This document shows, piece by piece, positions 36,248-48,006 of a stretch of DNA of 64,000 bases. The position numbers were made by a program, and so were the translations under genes. The DNA comes from an uncultured bacterium. Lineage in GTDB: Bacteria; Muiribacteriota; Ozemobacteria; Ozemobacterales; Ozemobacteraceae. Under the pieces are notes generated by a model, which had not been told where the DNA came from, made no database searches, and saw only the letters and a program-made list of their open reading frames with translations. Numbering within the stretch: the stretch's first letter is position 1; every line of letters begins with the position of its first letter. The stretch covers positions 84,357-148,356 of the forward strand of contig CAYMEN010000006.1 of NCBI GenBank assembly GCA_964389325.1, written 5' to 3'.

Positions 36248-36978
36248 GGGAAACGTGCGATCGCCTTGTCCTGCGCGGCAAACAGCTCTTTGATGCCGTA
36301 CTCGCCCAGCTTGAGCATGGCGTCGAGCTGCGCGCGGTCAAACACGCCATGTTCGGCAGTTCCCTGGACTTCGATATATCCGCCGGCTCTCGTCATGACG
36401 AGATTCAGGTCGGTCTCGGCGCGGGAATCCTCGTAATAATCGAGGTCAAGAAGGGCTTCACCCTGGAAAATACCGACGCTGACGGCGGCAAGGCGATTCA
36501 CGATTGGATTTTCCGCGACCTTTCCCTCAGCCATCAGTTTCTTCACGGCCATCTCGAGCGCGACCATCGCGCCGGTCACGGACGCCGTCCTGGTTCCGCC
36601 GTCTGCCTGAAGCACGTCGCAATCGATCTGGAGGGTGCGCGGCCCAAGCTTTTCGAGATCGAGGGCGGCGCGGAGGGCTCTTCCGATCAGTCGCTGAATC
36701 TCATGCACCCGGCCCTTGACCGTCGTCGTGCCGTATCCGGCGCGGGCATTGCGAGAGAGACCACAGCCGGGCATCAGGGCATACTCGGCGGTGATCCAGC
36801 CCTGGGGCTTTGAACGCGCTTCGACGAACGAGGGCACCTTCTCGTCGACCGTGACGGTGCAGATCACTTTCGTGTCTCCGCAGGTGATGAGAGCTGACCC
36901 GTGGGGATATTTGACAAAGCCGGGCTCGATCGAAACCGGGCGCAACTGGTCGGGGCGACGCTGATCATGGCGAGGCAT
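36244..36978 (-). CDS. rph: Ribonuclease PH.
   Basis: It aligns along its whole length to the E. coli RNase PH pattern (LRPVSIEPGF...GSALITCGDTKVICT...GWITAEYALMP...EIQRLIGRALRAALDL...IDCDVLQADGGTRTASVTGAMVAL...VSVGIFQGEALLDLDYYEDSRAETDLNLVMT). RBS AAGGAGA. The ORF track's N-terminal extension to 37392 is rejected. Confidence 0.92.
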   Translation of the reverse strand: MPRHDQRRPDQLRPVSIEPGFVKYPHGSALITCGDTKVICTVTVDEKVPSFVEARSKPQGWITAEYALMPGCGLSRNARAGYGTTTVKGRVHEIQRLIGRALRAALDLEKLGPRTLQIDCDVLQADGGTRTASVTGAMVALEMAVKKLMAEGKVAENPIVNRLAAVSVGIFQGEALLDLDYYEDSRAETDLNLVMTRAGGYIEVQGTAEHGVFDRAQLDAMLKLGEYGIKELFAAQDKAIARFP

Positions 36979-37001
36979 CGTATTTCTCCTTGTCGCGACG
37001 A

Positions 37002-37238
37002 TTACATGCCGCCGCTGGACACGAACTCGACGTGCTGATTGAAGACGAGCATCAGGATGAGAACGATGGCGAAGAGGCCGAACATGATCATCATGAACTT
37101 GCGATGCGCCGCGGAGAGATCGTCCGGCGTCATGCGCGTCTTCATCATCTCCCGCTCGAATTCGCGTTCGCGCTTCGACAACTTGCGTTTGCGGCCGGCT
37201 TCCGGCGGGGTCGGGGCGGTAACCTGTTCTTCGTCCAT
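37002..37238 (-). CDS. Small membrane protein (78 aa), hypothetical.
   Basis: A charged N-terminus, then one TM helix (MMIMFGLFAIVLILMLVF). It is co-directional with rph and 23 nt upstream of it. Confidence 0.4.
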   Translation of the reverse strand: MDEEQVTAPTPPEAGRKRKLSKREREFEREMMKTRMTPDDLSAAHRKFMMIMFGLFAIVLILMLVFNQHVEFVSSGGM

Positions 37239-37289
37239 ACGTCGTTCTGCTCCTGTGAAGTGTCGGAAAGATCGTCAGGATATCATATT

Positions 37290-37410
37290 CCGGCTTCCCA
37301 TCCAACGGCAGACTTTTCACAATCGGTGAATCACAGAGCCCAAGGTGGGGGTAAAGGAGTCCACGAAGGACTGAGAGAATCTTTGTGAACATGGGATTCT
37401 CCGTGATTCA
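37290..37410 (-). repeat. Copy D of the dispersed intergenic repeat family, in inverted orientation with an internal insertion.
   Basis: TTTTCACAATCGGTGAATCACAGAG...GAGTCCACGAAGGAC...TTCTCCGTGATTCATG. It matches the reverse complement of copy C's tail (GTCCTTCGTGGACTC...CTCGGTGATTCAGCGGTTGTGAAAA) and the terminus of copy B. Confidence 0.55.
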
Positions 37411-37539
37411 TGTCCGTTTTTGCCGGTCACAAGGGGAAACTTATGCGATCGCCATGGTTTTCCCTCTTCCCTTCCCTGGGGGTTTGGATTATGCTGTCTG
37501 AAAGACGACCGGCATCCCGACGGACGAGGGAGGAACGAC

Positions 37540-38013
37540 ATGATCCCGGCTATCAAGGGCAAAATCCAGAAGGGGCTCGGCGAAAGCCAGAACACCCTGC
37601 GCGAGCAGATGCCGCTTTTCAGGGAGTGTTTTCCGGAAGTTGGCGTGTGTCATCCCGGAACGATCAACATCCTTCTCGAACAACCCCTGGTCGTGATCAC
37701 TCCCGACTTCACCACACGGCCTCTTCCCTGGCATCCGGCGTTCCGCGTCGTGAAGGGGGGCGAAACGTTCCAGTTCGTCCGCGTCCGCCTCACGGTGGCC
37801 GGGCATGCGCCTGTCAACGCCTGGATTTATCGCGCACAGTTCTCCCCCTACCGGGAAAACCCCTTCTACGTCGAAATCATCGCCCCGAACATCGGCTATA
37901 CCGGCACTCCCGACTGCACCGTGGAGGTGCTGAGCAGCTGTCACAGCGGCGTCGTGGTGGTCGGAGACGGACAGCTCGGAAAAGCCCCGGGTGCCGGCTC
38001 CGGCCCGAACTGA
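37540..38013 (+). CDS. Hypothetical protein of 158 aa.
   Basis: RBS GGAGG 7 nt upstream of the ATG at 37540. The ORF-track TTG start at 37420 is rejected. No known domain was recognised. Confidence 0.45.
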   Translation: MIPAIKGKIQKGLGESQNTLREQMPLFRECFPEVGVCHPGTINILLEQPLVVITPDFTTRPLPWHPAFRVVKGGETFQFVRVRLTVAGHAPVNAWIYRAQFSPYRENPFYVEIIAPNIGYTGTPDCTVEVLSSCHSGVVVVGDGQLGKAPGAGSGPN

Positions 38014-38021
38014 CCCGCAGG

Positions 38022-38927
38022 ATGGAACTCCAGGGCCTCACCGGACGGGTCCGACTCATCCCCGGCCCGGTGAATATCGGCGTCATCATGCTTGGCGGAG
38101 ACCGGGTCGCCCTCGTCGATTCCGGCCTCGACCGCCGGATGGCAAGACGCATTCTGGAGCTGCTCTCGGCGTATCGCCTGGAACCCGCCGTGATTCTGAA
38201 CACCCACGCTCATGCCGATCACTGCGGCGGGAATGCCTTTATCCAGGAGGCGACCGGCTGCCGCGTTCTGGCAAGCCCCTCCGAGGCGGCCGCCATCGCG
38301 AATCCGCTCATGCAGGCAATCGCCCTGTATGGCGGCGCCCCTCCTGATGAACTGATCAATTCACTGATCGTCGCGGAGCCGTCCAAAGCCGAGGCTATCG
38401 AGTCGGACACGCTCGAGTTCGATGATCTGACGATCGGGGTTCTCAGGCTCGGAGGCCACTCCATCGGCCAGCTTGGTTATGTCGCAGACGGCGTCGCGTT
38501 CCTGGGCGACGCCCTGTTCCCGCTTCATATCATTCAGAAGCACCGGCTGCTGTTCATCTACGATCCTCTCGAGCATCTGAACACCCTCGAGCGTCTGCAG
38601 ACCGTCACCGCTTCGACCTTCGTCGGCGGCCATTTTCCGCCGGAGCCGCGCATCGACATTCTGCTGGCCGAGAACATCAGACACGTGCGGGATGCGTTTG
38701 CCCTCGTGAAACGGCTGCTGACAGGTCCCCAGCCGTATGACCGGCTCGCGAAGCAGTTTTTCGGAAGCTTCAACCTGCAGAAATCCGGCTGGGAACACTT
38801 CCTTCACCGCGCCACGCTCTCGGGACTGCTGTCGGCGTTGAAACGCAACGGGGAAGCCGATTACAGAATCATGGACAATCTGCTGGTCTGGTACGGAACC
38901 GGCAACTCGGGGAAACGCGAGCTTTGA
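38022..38927 (+). CDS. MBL-fold metallo-hydrolase.
   Basis: The motif THAHADHCGG is HxHxDH. Downstream His and Asp ligands are present (LGGHSIGQ, FLGDALF). Confidence 0.8.
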   Translation: MELQGLTGRVRLIPGPVNIGVIMLGGDRVALVDSGLDRRMARRILELLSAYRLEPAVILNTHAHADHCGGNAFIQEATGCRVLASPSEAAAIANPLMQAIALYGGAPPDELINSLIVAEPSKAEAIESDTLEFDDLTIGVLRLGGHSIGQLGYVADGVAFLGDALFPLHIIQKHRLLFIYDPLEHLNTLERLQTVTASTFVGGHFPPEPRIDILLAENIRHVRDAFALVKRLLTGPQPYDRLAKQFFGSFNLQKSGWEHFLHRATLSGLLSALKRNGEADYRIMDNLLVWYGTGNSGKREL

Positions 38928-39319
38928 ATAAATCCGTCATTATTATATTATTGATTATATTAACACCCGCCGCTCTCGCGCAGGAGCCGCGAAGGGAGCG
39001 GTTTCTCGTCACCAGGCCGGGCAATTCCGCCGCCTTCGTGCGTCACCCCGGCCGGCAGGCGCCGGGGCGCAGTTTCGCTCTGCGTTACCGGTTCGAGGGG
39101 AACGACGGCACGATTCGCCGCATCTGCGAGCGGATCGAGTCCGAGACCGCCGGGCCGGAGGAGCTCCGGGGCGAGGGCGAAAACATTCTTCCAGACTCCG
39201 GTGAAGCCCTGCGGCTGAACGAAGAGCTGATGGCGGAAGCCCTCGCCTCGCTCGGTGCCGCGACAGGGACGGTTTCGGCGACGGCGTCCGAGCCGGCACA
39301 GGCGGCATCCCGCAAATGA
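38924..39319 (+). CDS. Small secreted hypothetical protein (131 aa).
   Basis: Signal MNKSVIIILLIILTPAALA, encoded in AT-rich codons. ATGA overlap with the MBL gene. Confidence 0.45.
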   Translation: MNKSVIIILLIILTPAALAQEPRRERFLVTRPGNSAAFVRHPGRQAPGRSFALRYRFEGNDGTIRRICERIESETAGPEELRGEGENILPDSGEALRLNEELMAEALASLGAATGTVSATASEPAQAASRK

Positions 39320-39369
39320 GCAAATCGGCGCCCGGCCGAAGCCGGGCGCCGATGGATCGTCTCTATGAA

Positions 39370-39660
39370 TTAGTAGCCGGAGCGGCGCTTGTTGAAGCAA
39401 TCGCGGCAGTAGACCGGCTTTTCACCCGTCGGCTTGAACGGCACCTGGGTTTCCTGGCCGCACTCGGAGCACTGAACGGTGTGCATCTGCTTCTGGCCCG
39501 AACCGGGGGGGCCGCTGCGGGTGGTCTTGCGCTGGTCGCGGCAACCCTTGCAGCGAACGGGCTCGTGTTCGAATCCTCTCTCTTTGTAGAACTGCTGCTC
39601 GGAAACGGTGAAGGTGAAGGGCTTTCCGCAGTTGCGGCAGGTGATGGTCTTGTCTTCCAT
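39370..39660 (-). CDS. Double zinc-ribbon protein (96 aa).
   Basis: Four CxxC pairs: CRNCGKP...CKGCRDQ and CSECGQE...CRDCFNK. Confidence 0.6.
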   Translation of the reverse strand: MEDKTITCRNCGKPFTFTVSEQQFYKERGFEHEPVRCKGCRDQRKTTRSGPPGSGQKQMHTVQCSECGQETQVPFKPTGEKPVYCRDCFNKRRSGY

Positions 39661-40007
39661 TTGGCTTTCTTCCTTAAAAAGTTGGTCCGAGGATCGTCAA
39701 CCTGGGGGTTTGGAGTTCCACCAGAATCAACCGGTAATTCCCATACTCCGGCCCTTGGGAAGGACTGGAGCCGTCTCTCGTTGATCCTCTCGGATCGCCG
39801 GCGAGACATGTGCATTCCGTCACCGCTGCCGGAAGCCTTCAGAACGGAGGCTGGCTGTCGTTCACCTCCCTGGCGCCTGATCTCGTCGGAATTGCAACCA
39901 GGCAAACGGTTACATATAAAAGATTACCAGCCAAATGCAAATGTGTCAAACGTATCGTGTACGCTTGTAGCGAGTCACCACTCGTGATAGCATCGAAAGC
40001 GGAAGAT

Positions 40008-41165
40008 ATGAGCCAGACCGGCACCAAGTTTATGTACAAGGTCGTGCTGCCGTATATCGAATCCGCGAACCCGGCCAAGCGGTTCAAGATCGAGTACACG
40101 GTTGAAGCCGACGACCGGGATACCGCCCAGCAGAAGGCCGAGCGGGAGTTTCACGCCTACACGCTTTACAACAGCGCCTCGTGGATACGAACCCTCGAAC
40201 GCGAGAGCATCCGCGTGTGGCGTATCATGCCGCATCTGCCGCAGACGCCCCAGTCGATCGACACCCTGCTCAACGACCTCGCCAGCTCCGACGAGGACGT
40301 CGTGTATGCCACCCTCAAGGCACTCGGCGAGCTCGAAGACGCGGCGGCCGGTTCGAAAGTGGTCCCCCTGCTCGACCACCCAAACCCCGACCTGGCGGCC
40401 CTCGCAGCCGAAATCCTCGGGAAATTCGGAGACCAGACGAACCTGCCGCTCCTGACCTCCCGTTTCACCCAGCAGGCCCATCCGATGCTGAAAGCCTCGA
40501 TCCTCTCCGCCCTTGGAAGACTGGCACGCACCGGCGATCCCATCGCAGACCTGATCGCAACGGCGCTCGGCGACTCCGACAACCGCGTTCGGGCGAATGC
40601 CGTCGAGCTTGTCGAGCAGCTCAGCCTGCCAACGACCACCCGCATGCTGCTTCCGTTGATGGGTGACGAGGATAATCGCGTCCGGGCGAACGTTCTCAAG
40701 GCGCTCTGGTCGACCCACGACCGCAAGGCGCTCACCGCCGCCCTCAGGGAAATGGCCGGCCACTCGAGTCGCTGGATGCGCGCGTCCGCGGCGTTCGTTC
40801 TCCAGCACATCGACGTCCAGGAACGCATCGCGCTGCTCAACGACCTCGTCCACGACCCGTGTCCCGAAGTGCAGACCAATGCCTGGAAGGCCATTCTCGT
40901 CATCCGCGACCCCGGGCTTCTCGGCCTCTGGCTCGAGCATCTCGCCGGGCACAATGGGGAAGGCTTCGCTCAGATCGCCGAGCACATCGACGCGATCGGC
41001 CAGTCGGCGTATCTGCCACTCCTCGAACTGAGCCGCAGGAACGCCCCGGGCAAGCCGTTTGCCGTCCAGTTTCTCGATCGTCTCGAGGAGCTCTGCCGGC
41101 GCAGGCACGGCTGGCTCGCCTGGCTTTCCCTGAAGCAGCAGCGCATCGCCAGCAAACTTTTCTAG
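40008..41165 (+). CDS. HEAT (PBS-lyase-like) repeat protein.
   Basis: Repeated DxxVRxxAxxALxxL motifs (DENVRANAVELV, DEDNRVRANVLKAL, SRWMRASAAFVL, CPEVQTNAWKAI). Start at MSQTG (40008). Confidence 0.7.
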   Translation: MSQTGTKFMYKVVLPYIESANPAKRFKIEYTVEADDRDTAQQKAEREFHAYTLYNSASWIRTLERESIRVWRIMPHLPQTPQSIDTLLNDLASSDEDVVYATLKALGELEDAAAGSKVVPLLDHPNPDLAALAAEILGKFGDQTNLPLLTSRFTQQAHPMLKASILSALGRLARTGDPIADLIATALGDSDNRVRANAVELVEQLSLPTTTRMLLPLMGDEDNRVRANVLKALWSTHDRKALTAALREMAGHSSRWMRASAAFVLQHIDVQERIALLNDLVHDPCPEVQTNAWKAILVIRDPGLLGLWLEHLAGHNGEGFAQIAEHIDAIGQSAYLPLLELSRRNAPGKPFAVQFLDRLEELCRRRHGWLAWLSLKQQRIASKLF

Positions 41166-41269
41166 CGAAAACGCGCGTTCCGACGTTTGCCCCTTTCCCT
41201 TCTCTGTGATAGCATGGAGTATCTACGGTCGCCGTTGCGACTCATCGCATCTTTGCACAGGATTCACCC

Positions 41270-43231
<1,962 letters not shown>

Positions 43232-43238
43232 GGCGGTC

Positions 43239-44357
43239 ATGAGCACGTCGAAGAATCTGCTTTTCGTTCTCGGCACCCGCCCCGAAGTCGTGAAACTCGC
43301 CCCGGTCATCAGGGAAGCCCGTTCGCGCCCCGGCGTGACGGCCACCGTGCTTCATACCGGCCAGCATCGGGAAATGGCTGCCGAGATGTTCGGGCTTTTC
43401 GGCATCACCCCCGACATCGACCTTGCCGTGATGCAGCCGGACCAGACCCTGTTCTCGGTTTCGGCCAGAATTCTCGAAGGCCTCGACGCCGTCCTGCGCG
43501 AACGCCGCTTCGACACCATCCTGGTCCAGGGCGACACCACGACCGCCTTCCTCGGAGCGCTCGCCGGCTACTACACGAAGACCTGCGTCGCTCACGTCGA
43601 GGCGGGCCTGCGCACGCACGACAAGCTCAGCCCGTATCCCGAGGAAATGAACCGCCGGCTCGCCGGCGCGCTCACGGATATCCACTTTCCACCCACCGCC
43701 CGCGCAAAAAACAATCTCCTGGCCGAAGGCTACCCGGAAGACAGGATCGTCGTCACCGGTAACACGGTCATCGACGCCCTGCTGTGGGCTCTCGAAATGT
43801 TCTACAAGCCGTCTCCGGAGCTGGAGCCCCTGCTGAACGCATCAGGCCGCATGGTTCTCGCGACGACGCACCGCCGGGAAAGCTTTGGGGAACCGCATCG
43901 CCGCGTCTTCCAGGCATTTCTTCAGATTGCAGACGAGTTCCCGGATGTCCGATTCATCTTCCCGGTCCATCCGAACCCGAATGTCAGGGCGGAAGTCGCC
44001 CGCCAGCTGGGCAACCATCCCCGGATTCACCTGCTCGCGCCGCTCGGGTATCTCGATTTCATCCACGCCATGTCGGCCGCCACAATCATCCTCTCCGATT
44101 CAGGCGGCGTCCAGGAAGAAGCCCCGACGCTGAGAAAGCCGGTCCTGGTCCTGCGCGATCACACCGAACGCCCGGAAGGCCTCGAAAGCGGCTGCCTGAC
44201 GCTCGTAGGAACAGATACGGAAAAGATCTTCGGAGAAGCAACAAAGCTTCTGACAGACATCTCTTATTATCAAAATATGGTTAAAAACCCAAATCCCTAT
44301 GGCGACGGCCTTGCCTCTAGGCGAATAATAGATAATATTATCAGTCGCATTTATTGA
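43239..44357 (+). CDS. wecB: UDP-N-acetylglucosamine 2-epimerase (non-hydrolysing).
   Basis: LLFVLGTRPEVVKLAPVI...HTGQH...LVQGDTTT...HVEAGLRT...YPEEMNRR are typical of WecB/MnaA. Confidence 0.9.
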   Translation: MSTSKNLLFVLGTRPEVVKLAPVIREARSRPGVTATVLHTGQHREMAAEMFGLFGITPDIDLAVMQPDQTLFSVSARILEGLDAVLRERRFDTILVQGDTTTAFLGALAGYYTKTCVAHVEAGLRTHDKLSPYPEEMNRRLAGALTDIHFPPTARAKNNLLAEGYPEDRIVVTGNTVIDALLWALEMFYKPSPELEPLLNASGRMVLATTHRRESFGEPHRRVFQAFLQIADEFPDVRFIFPVHPNPNVRAEVARQLGNHPRIHLLAPLGYLDFIHAMSAATIILSDSGGVQEEAPTLRKPVLVLRDHTERPEGLESGCLTLVGTDTEKIFGEATKLLTDISYYQNMVKNPNPYGDGLASRRIIDNIISRIY

Positions 44358-44367
44358 TTATCAATAA
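44331..44367. promoter_or_regulatory. Two perfect palindromes, GATAATATTATC (44331-44342) and TTATTGATTATCAATAA (44351-44367), overlapping the wecB stop codon and upstream of the amidase gene. This is a Fur-box-like candidate operator.
   Basis: A direct inverted repeat of the GATAAT hexamer, then a 17-nt palindrome, in an AT-rich stretch. Confidence 0.3.
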
Positions 44368-44460
44368 TAAATCAATAGCCACCCATGTCCCCAAGAACAC
44401 TCTATCTCCAGATCCATGGGACTGCGCCATTTCCCTGACCATTGGAATAAACACGGCTTC

Positions 44461-45168
44461 ATGAATAATAATGTTAATATAACATTTATACTGATCATAT
44501 TATCATTATTCTGTTCAACTGAGTCCTTTTCCAAGGGCATTCCAGTTGGAGTTGTTATCGATCCCGGTCATCCGTCTGAAAATGGACCTGGGGCTCGAAC
44601 GAAACTGGGGATCAGGGAGGTGGATCTCAACTGGGAGTATTCCATCGCCTTGTATGACGCCTTGTCCCGGGATTCCACACTCCAGCCGATTCTCACCAAG
44701 CGATCTGTTGAAGAGCTTGTCACCAACCGCCGCCGGGCGGAGATCGCCAATGAGGCCTCCGCCACCCTCATGCTCCGTATTCATTGCGACAGCGGGCGAG
44801 GCCGCGGACTCACCATGTATTATCCCTCCGGCCCGGGAAAACTTGGCGCAGTCGAAGGGCCACCCGAGGAGAACTGCTCTGCAAGCGCTTTTCTGGCCGC
44901 GCATCTGCAGAACATCCTTGAAAAGCGTCTCGAAGGGATGTACAGGGTGAATCCCCTGAGAACCGATCGCCAGACCGCCATCGGTTCACGTCAGGGAGCT
45001 CTTACAGGCTCGATCTTCAGCCGTGTTCCGGTCGTGACCGTCGAACTCGGGTATCTCGACAATCCGGCCGACCTCGCTTTCCTGACCGCGACCGGCTCGC
45101 GTCGACTGCTCGTCGAAGCGTTTGCAGAGGGTATCAGGACGTATTCCGGCTCCCCCTCGGCTCCCTGA
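44461..45168 (+). CDS. N-acetylmuramoyl-L-alanine amidase (Amidase_3, AmiC-like), exported.
   Basis: Signal or TM NNNVNITFILIILSLFCS. The zinc ligand contexts are VVIDPGH, LRIHCDS and VTVELGYLDNPAD. Confidence 0.85.
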   Translation: MNNNVNITFILIILSLFCSTESFSKGIPVGVVIDPGHPSENGPGARTKLGIREVDLNWEYSIALYDALSRDSTLQPILTKRSVEELVTNRRRAEIANEASATLMLRIHCDSGRGRGLTMYYPSGPGKLGAVEGPPEENCSASAFLAAHLQNILEKRLEGMYRVNPLRTDRQTAIGSRQGALTGSIFSRVPVVTVELGYLDNPADLAFLTATGSRRLLVEAFAEGIRTYSGSPSAP

Positions 45169-45173
45169 GGGAA

Positions 45174-47597
45174 TCAGGCCCGCTTCGGCAGAAACCGCGC
45201 GAGCAGCGCCCTCACGTCATCGAGGGAGTAGGGTTTCGACAACCCCCCGTCGAATCCGAAGGCCGGCGGGTCAGCCATGATCGGATCGACGGAATACCCG
45301 CTCGATGCGATAAACACCGTTTCAGACCTTATTCCACGCAGTTCCTGAATGACTTCTCGGCCTCCCGCACCGCCCGAAATCGTCAGATCGAGAACGACCA
45401 GGTCGAACGGCAGGCCACGTTCGACCGACTCCCGGAAGGCGGCGACAGCGCCTTTCCCATCCTTCACCCCCGTGAACGCAAGGCCAAACGACGTGAACAT
45501 CTCTTCTGCGATGGTGTGCAGGAACTCCTCGTCATCCAGGAAGAGAACGTTCCCCTGCGCGGCAACCTCGCTCTGGACGATCGGCGTGTCAGCAATCTCC
45601 TCCTGGTGACCACTCGCGGGGAGGTAGATCGTGAAACAACTCCCCCGCCCCGGCTCCGACTCGACCTCGATCCAGCCTTGATGGCGGCTGACGATCGAGT
45701 GGGCCGTCGCCAGTCCGAGACCGTGCCCTTTCTGCTTCGTCGTGTAGAACGGATCGAAAATACGGGGAAGCATCTCATGCGGAATGCCCGTTCCGGAATC
45801 CTTCACGACGATCCGGATGTATTTTCCCCCTTCCGGGTGCACCGCAAGCTTTCCCGGCTCGAGCTCGACATTCGATGCCCTGATATCGATCGCGCCGCCT
45901 TCCGGCATTGCCTGCTGGGCATTGATCACGAGATTCTCGATGACCTGGCCGATCTGATTTTCGTCGATATCGCTCATCCAGAGCGAGCTGGAGATGTCGA
46001 ACGCGCAGTTGACCGCCGACCCCGCCAGCGCGAACCTGACGCAGTTTTTCAGAAGAGGTCCCAACTGGCAGGTCTTTCTGATCGGCTGCCCACCCTTCGA
46101 GAACGTCAGCAACTGGTGCGTCAGCGCCTTGGCGCGCTTGCAGGTGGCAAGCGAATCGGCAAGCTTCGAGGCCGCTTCCTCAGGGTGTTTTTCGGCCAGA
46201 TGGAGCTGTGCAAGCTCGATGGCACCGTAGACACCTCCGAGGAGGTTGTTGAAATCATGTGCGATACCGCCGGCCAGCAGACCGAGAGACTCGAGTTTCT
46301 GCGTGCGCTGCAGGGTTTCATGCATCTTCATTTTTTCGGTTATGTCGGAAAACTGGACGACGAATCTTCCATCCCCGGTGCTGTAAACCCAGATATCGAG
46401 AAAAAGATTCAGATCCGCGGAACGCCCCTGGTAGGCTTCGGATTTCCCGGTCATGGCCACCCGTCCGCAAAGGTCGATCCAGGGTTGAGTCGTCAGGGGC
46501 GCGACCTCGAGAATCGTTTTTCCGATGACGTCGGATGCTTTCCACCCCGTGATTTTTTCGAACGCGGGGTTGACGTCGAGATACCGGAAATTCCAGGGAA
46601 CGCCTTTCTCATCGAGCATGATCTCGAAAAACGAGAGGCCCGACGTCATATTCTCGAACAGAAGCCGATAGGTATGCTCCTTCTCCTGGAGTGCCGCTTC
46701 AGCCTGTCGCCGTTCGGTCAGGTTTCTCAACACGGCCACGATGCAGTCTCGGGAACCAATCCGCGTCTGACGCATGCTGATCTCGCACGGGACAAGCTGG
46801 CCGTCCCGGTCTTTCAGATCCCAATCGAGGGTCGGGGTTTCGCCCTCGCGAACTCTCGAGAGCAGCCCGGCAACCTCGTCCTGTTTAACGGGCGACCCGA
46901 GATCCGAGAAGGAAGTGTTCGTGAGATTCGTCCGGATATGCAGCATTTCGGCGGTGCGGCCGTTGCACGCAATGATCGTCCCCGACTCGGCGTCGAGAAT
47001 GAGGACCGCATCCTTCACCCCGTCGATGACCGCCGTAAACCATGTCTGCTGCTCGCTTAGAATGACTTCTACCGGCCCATAGACATACAGGAAAATGATG
47101 ATCAGGGAGAACGTCACGGACAACGTCAGCGCCCATGCCTGCCATGTGGTCATCATCACGTTCAGATCGACAGCGGGCGTGATGAACCCACCGCAATAGA
47201 GGATGGCGGTGATGACGAACATCGCGGTGATCAACCCTGCATTCGCGTAGGATGCAGGCAATCCGCGGGTGATACGGGTGATGATCGGATACACCGGAAG
47301 AAACAGAATCGTCGCGGAAGCGAGGCCGAATTGGAGCAGTGCGGCCCACACCAGGACCAATGCCGAAAGAAAGGTGATCTGGAAGGCAGTCGCCGGCGTC
47401 AACCGCTCGCGAAACAAATACGCGGCCGTAGACAGAACGACGAGAATTCCATGAACGACCATCACCGGCTGGAGGCCGATGACCTGAATGCGAAACAGGG
47501 AAAAGACAAGCGCGATCCACAGGAGAACGGCTATGACATACAGCAGGCGCGAAAAAACGCTTGCCTCGAGACGGACTTCCTGTGTGACGCTCTTCAC
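45174..47597 (-). CDS. Hybrid sensor histidine kinase (multi-TM sensor, two PAS domains, HisKA, HATPase_c, C-terminal receiver).
   Basis: About 6 N-terminal TM helices. PAS-like regions. The H-box is IAHDFNNLL. The G-boxes are VKDSGTGI and GHGLGL. The receiver has VLFLDDEE...DLVVLDLTISGG. Confidence 0.85.
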   Translation of the reverse strand: MKSVTQEVRLEASVFSRLLYVIAVLLWIALVFSLFRIQVIGLQPVMVVHGILVVLSTAAYLFRERLTPATAFQITFLSALVLVWAALLQFGLASATILFLPVYPIITRITRGLPASYANAGLITAMFVITAILYCGGFITPAVDLNVMMTTWQAWALTLSVTFSLIIIFLYVYGPVEVILSEQQTWFTAVIDGVKDAVLILDAESGTIIACNGRTAEMLHIRTNLTNTSFSDLGSPVKQDEVAGLLSRVREGETPTLDWDLKDRDGQLVPCEISMRQTRIGSRDCIVAVLRNLTERRQAEAALQEKEHTYRLLFENMTSGLSFFEIMLDEKGVPWNFRYLDVNPAFEKITGWKASDVIGKTILEVAPLTTQPWIDLCGRVAMTGKSEAYQGRSADLNLFLDIWVYSTGDGRFVVQFSDITEKMKMHETLQRTQKLESLGLLAGGIAHDFNNLLGGVYGAIELAQLHLAEKHPEEAASKLADSLATCKRAKALTHQLLTFSKGGQPIRKTCQLGPLLKNCVRFALAGSAVNCAFDISSSLWMSDIDENQIGQVIENLVINAQQAMPEGGAIDIRASNVELEPGKLAVHPEGGKYIRIVVKDSGTGIPHEMLPRIFDPFYTTKQKGHGLGLATAHSIVSRHQGWIEVESEPGRGSCFTIYLPASGHQEEIADTPIVQSEVAAQGNVLFLDDEEFLHTIAEEMFTSFGLAFTGVKDGKGAVAAFRESVERGLPFDLVVLDLTISGGAGGREVIQELRGIRSETVFIASSGYSVDPIMADPPAFGFDGGLSKPYSLDDVRALLARFLPKRA

Positions 47598-47770
47598 CCT
47601 GTCAGAAGCCTCTCATCCCTTGGTGGTCATGGGCCTCTCCGGCCAAACCCAAGGGAATTTTCGCAGGGGCATTTCTGCGAGTCGCTCTTGCCTTTTCAGC
47701 CCTGAGAAAATTGTATCAGAAGACAACACCGCATACAACGAAGCCGTTTGCCTTGCCAGGATGAGCGAAC

Positions 47771-47950
47771 CGGACGTGAATCACAGCGAACACGATGTTC
47801 ACAGAGGTTCACAGAGATTCTTTCTTTTCTGGTTTGCAGGATTCGTTACAGAAGCCAACCGCCTGCGGATACAGACAATTTTCTTCGTCGGATCGTCTCT
47901 GTGTCCTTCGTGGACTCGGTGATTCAGCGGTTGTGAAAATTGATGCGCCT
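47771..47950 (+). repeat. Copy C of the dispersed intergenic repeat family, with a ~60-nt internal insertion.
   Basis: GTGAATCACAGCGAACACGATGTTCACAGAGGTTCACAGAGA...CTCGGTGATTCAGCGGTTGTGAAAATTGATGCGCCTCCC has the same termini and flanking context (CGGACGTGAATCAC...TGATGCGCYCCC) as copy B. Confidence 0.65.
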
Positions 47951-48006
47951 CCCATGACACCTCGTGAATAACTCTTTCACGGGTGCGACGGCGTTGTCGG
48001 AACAGG

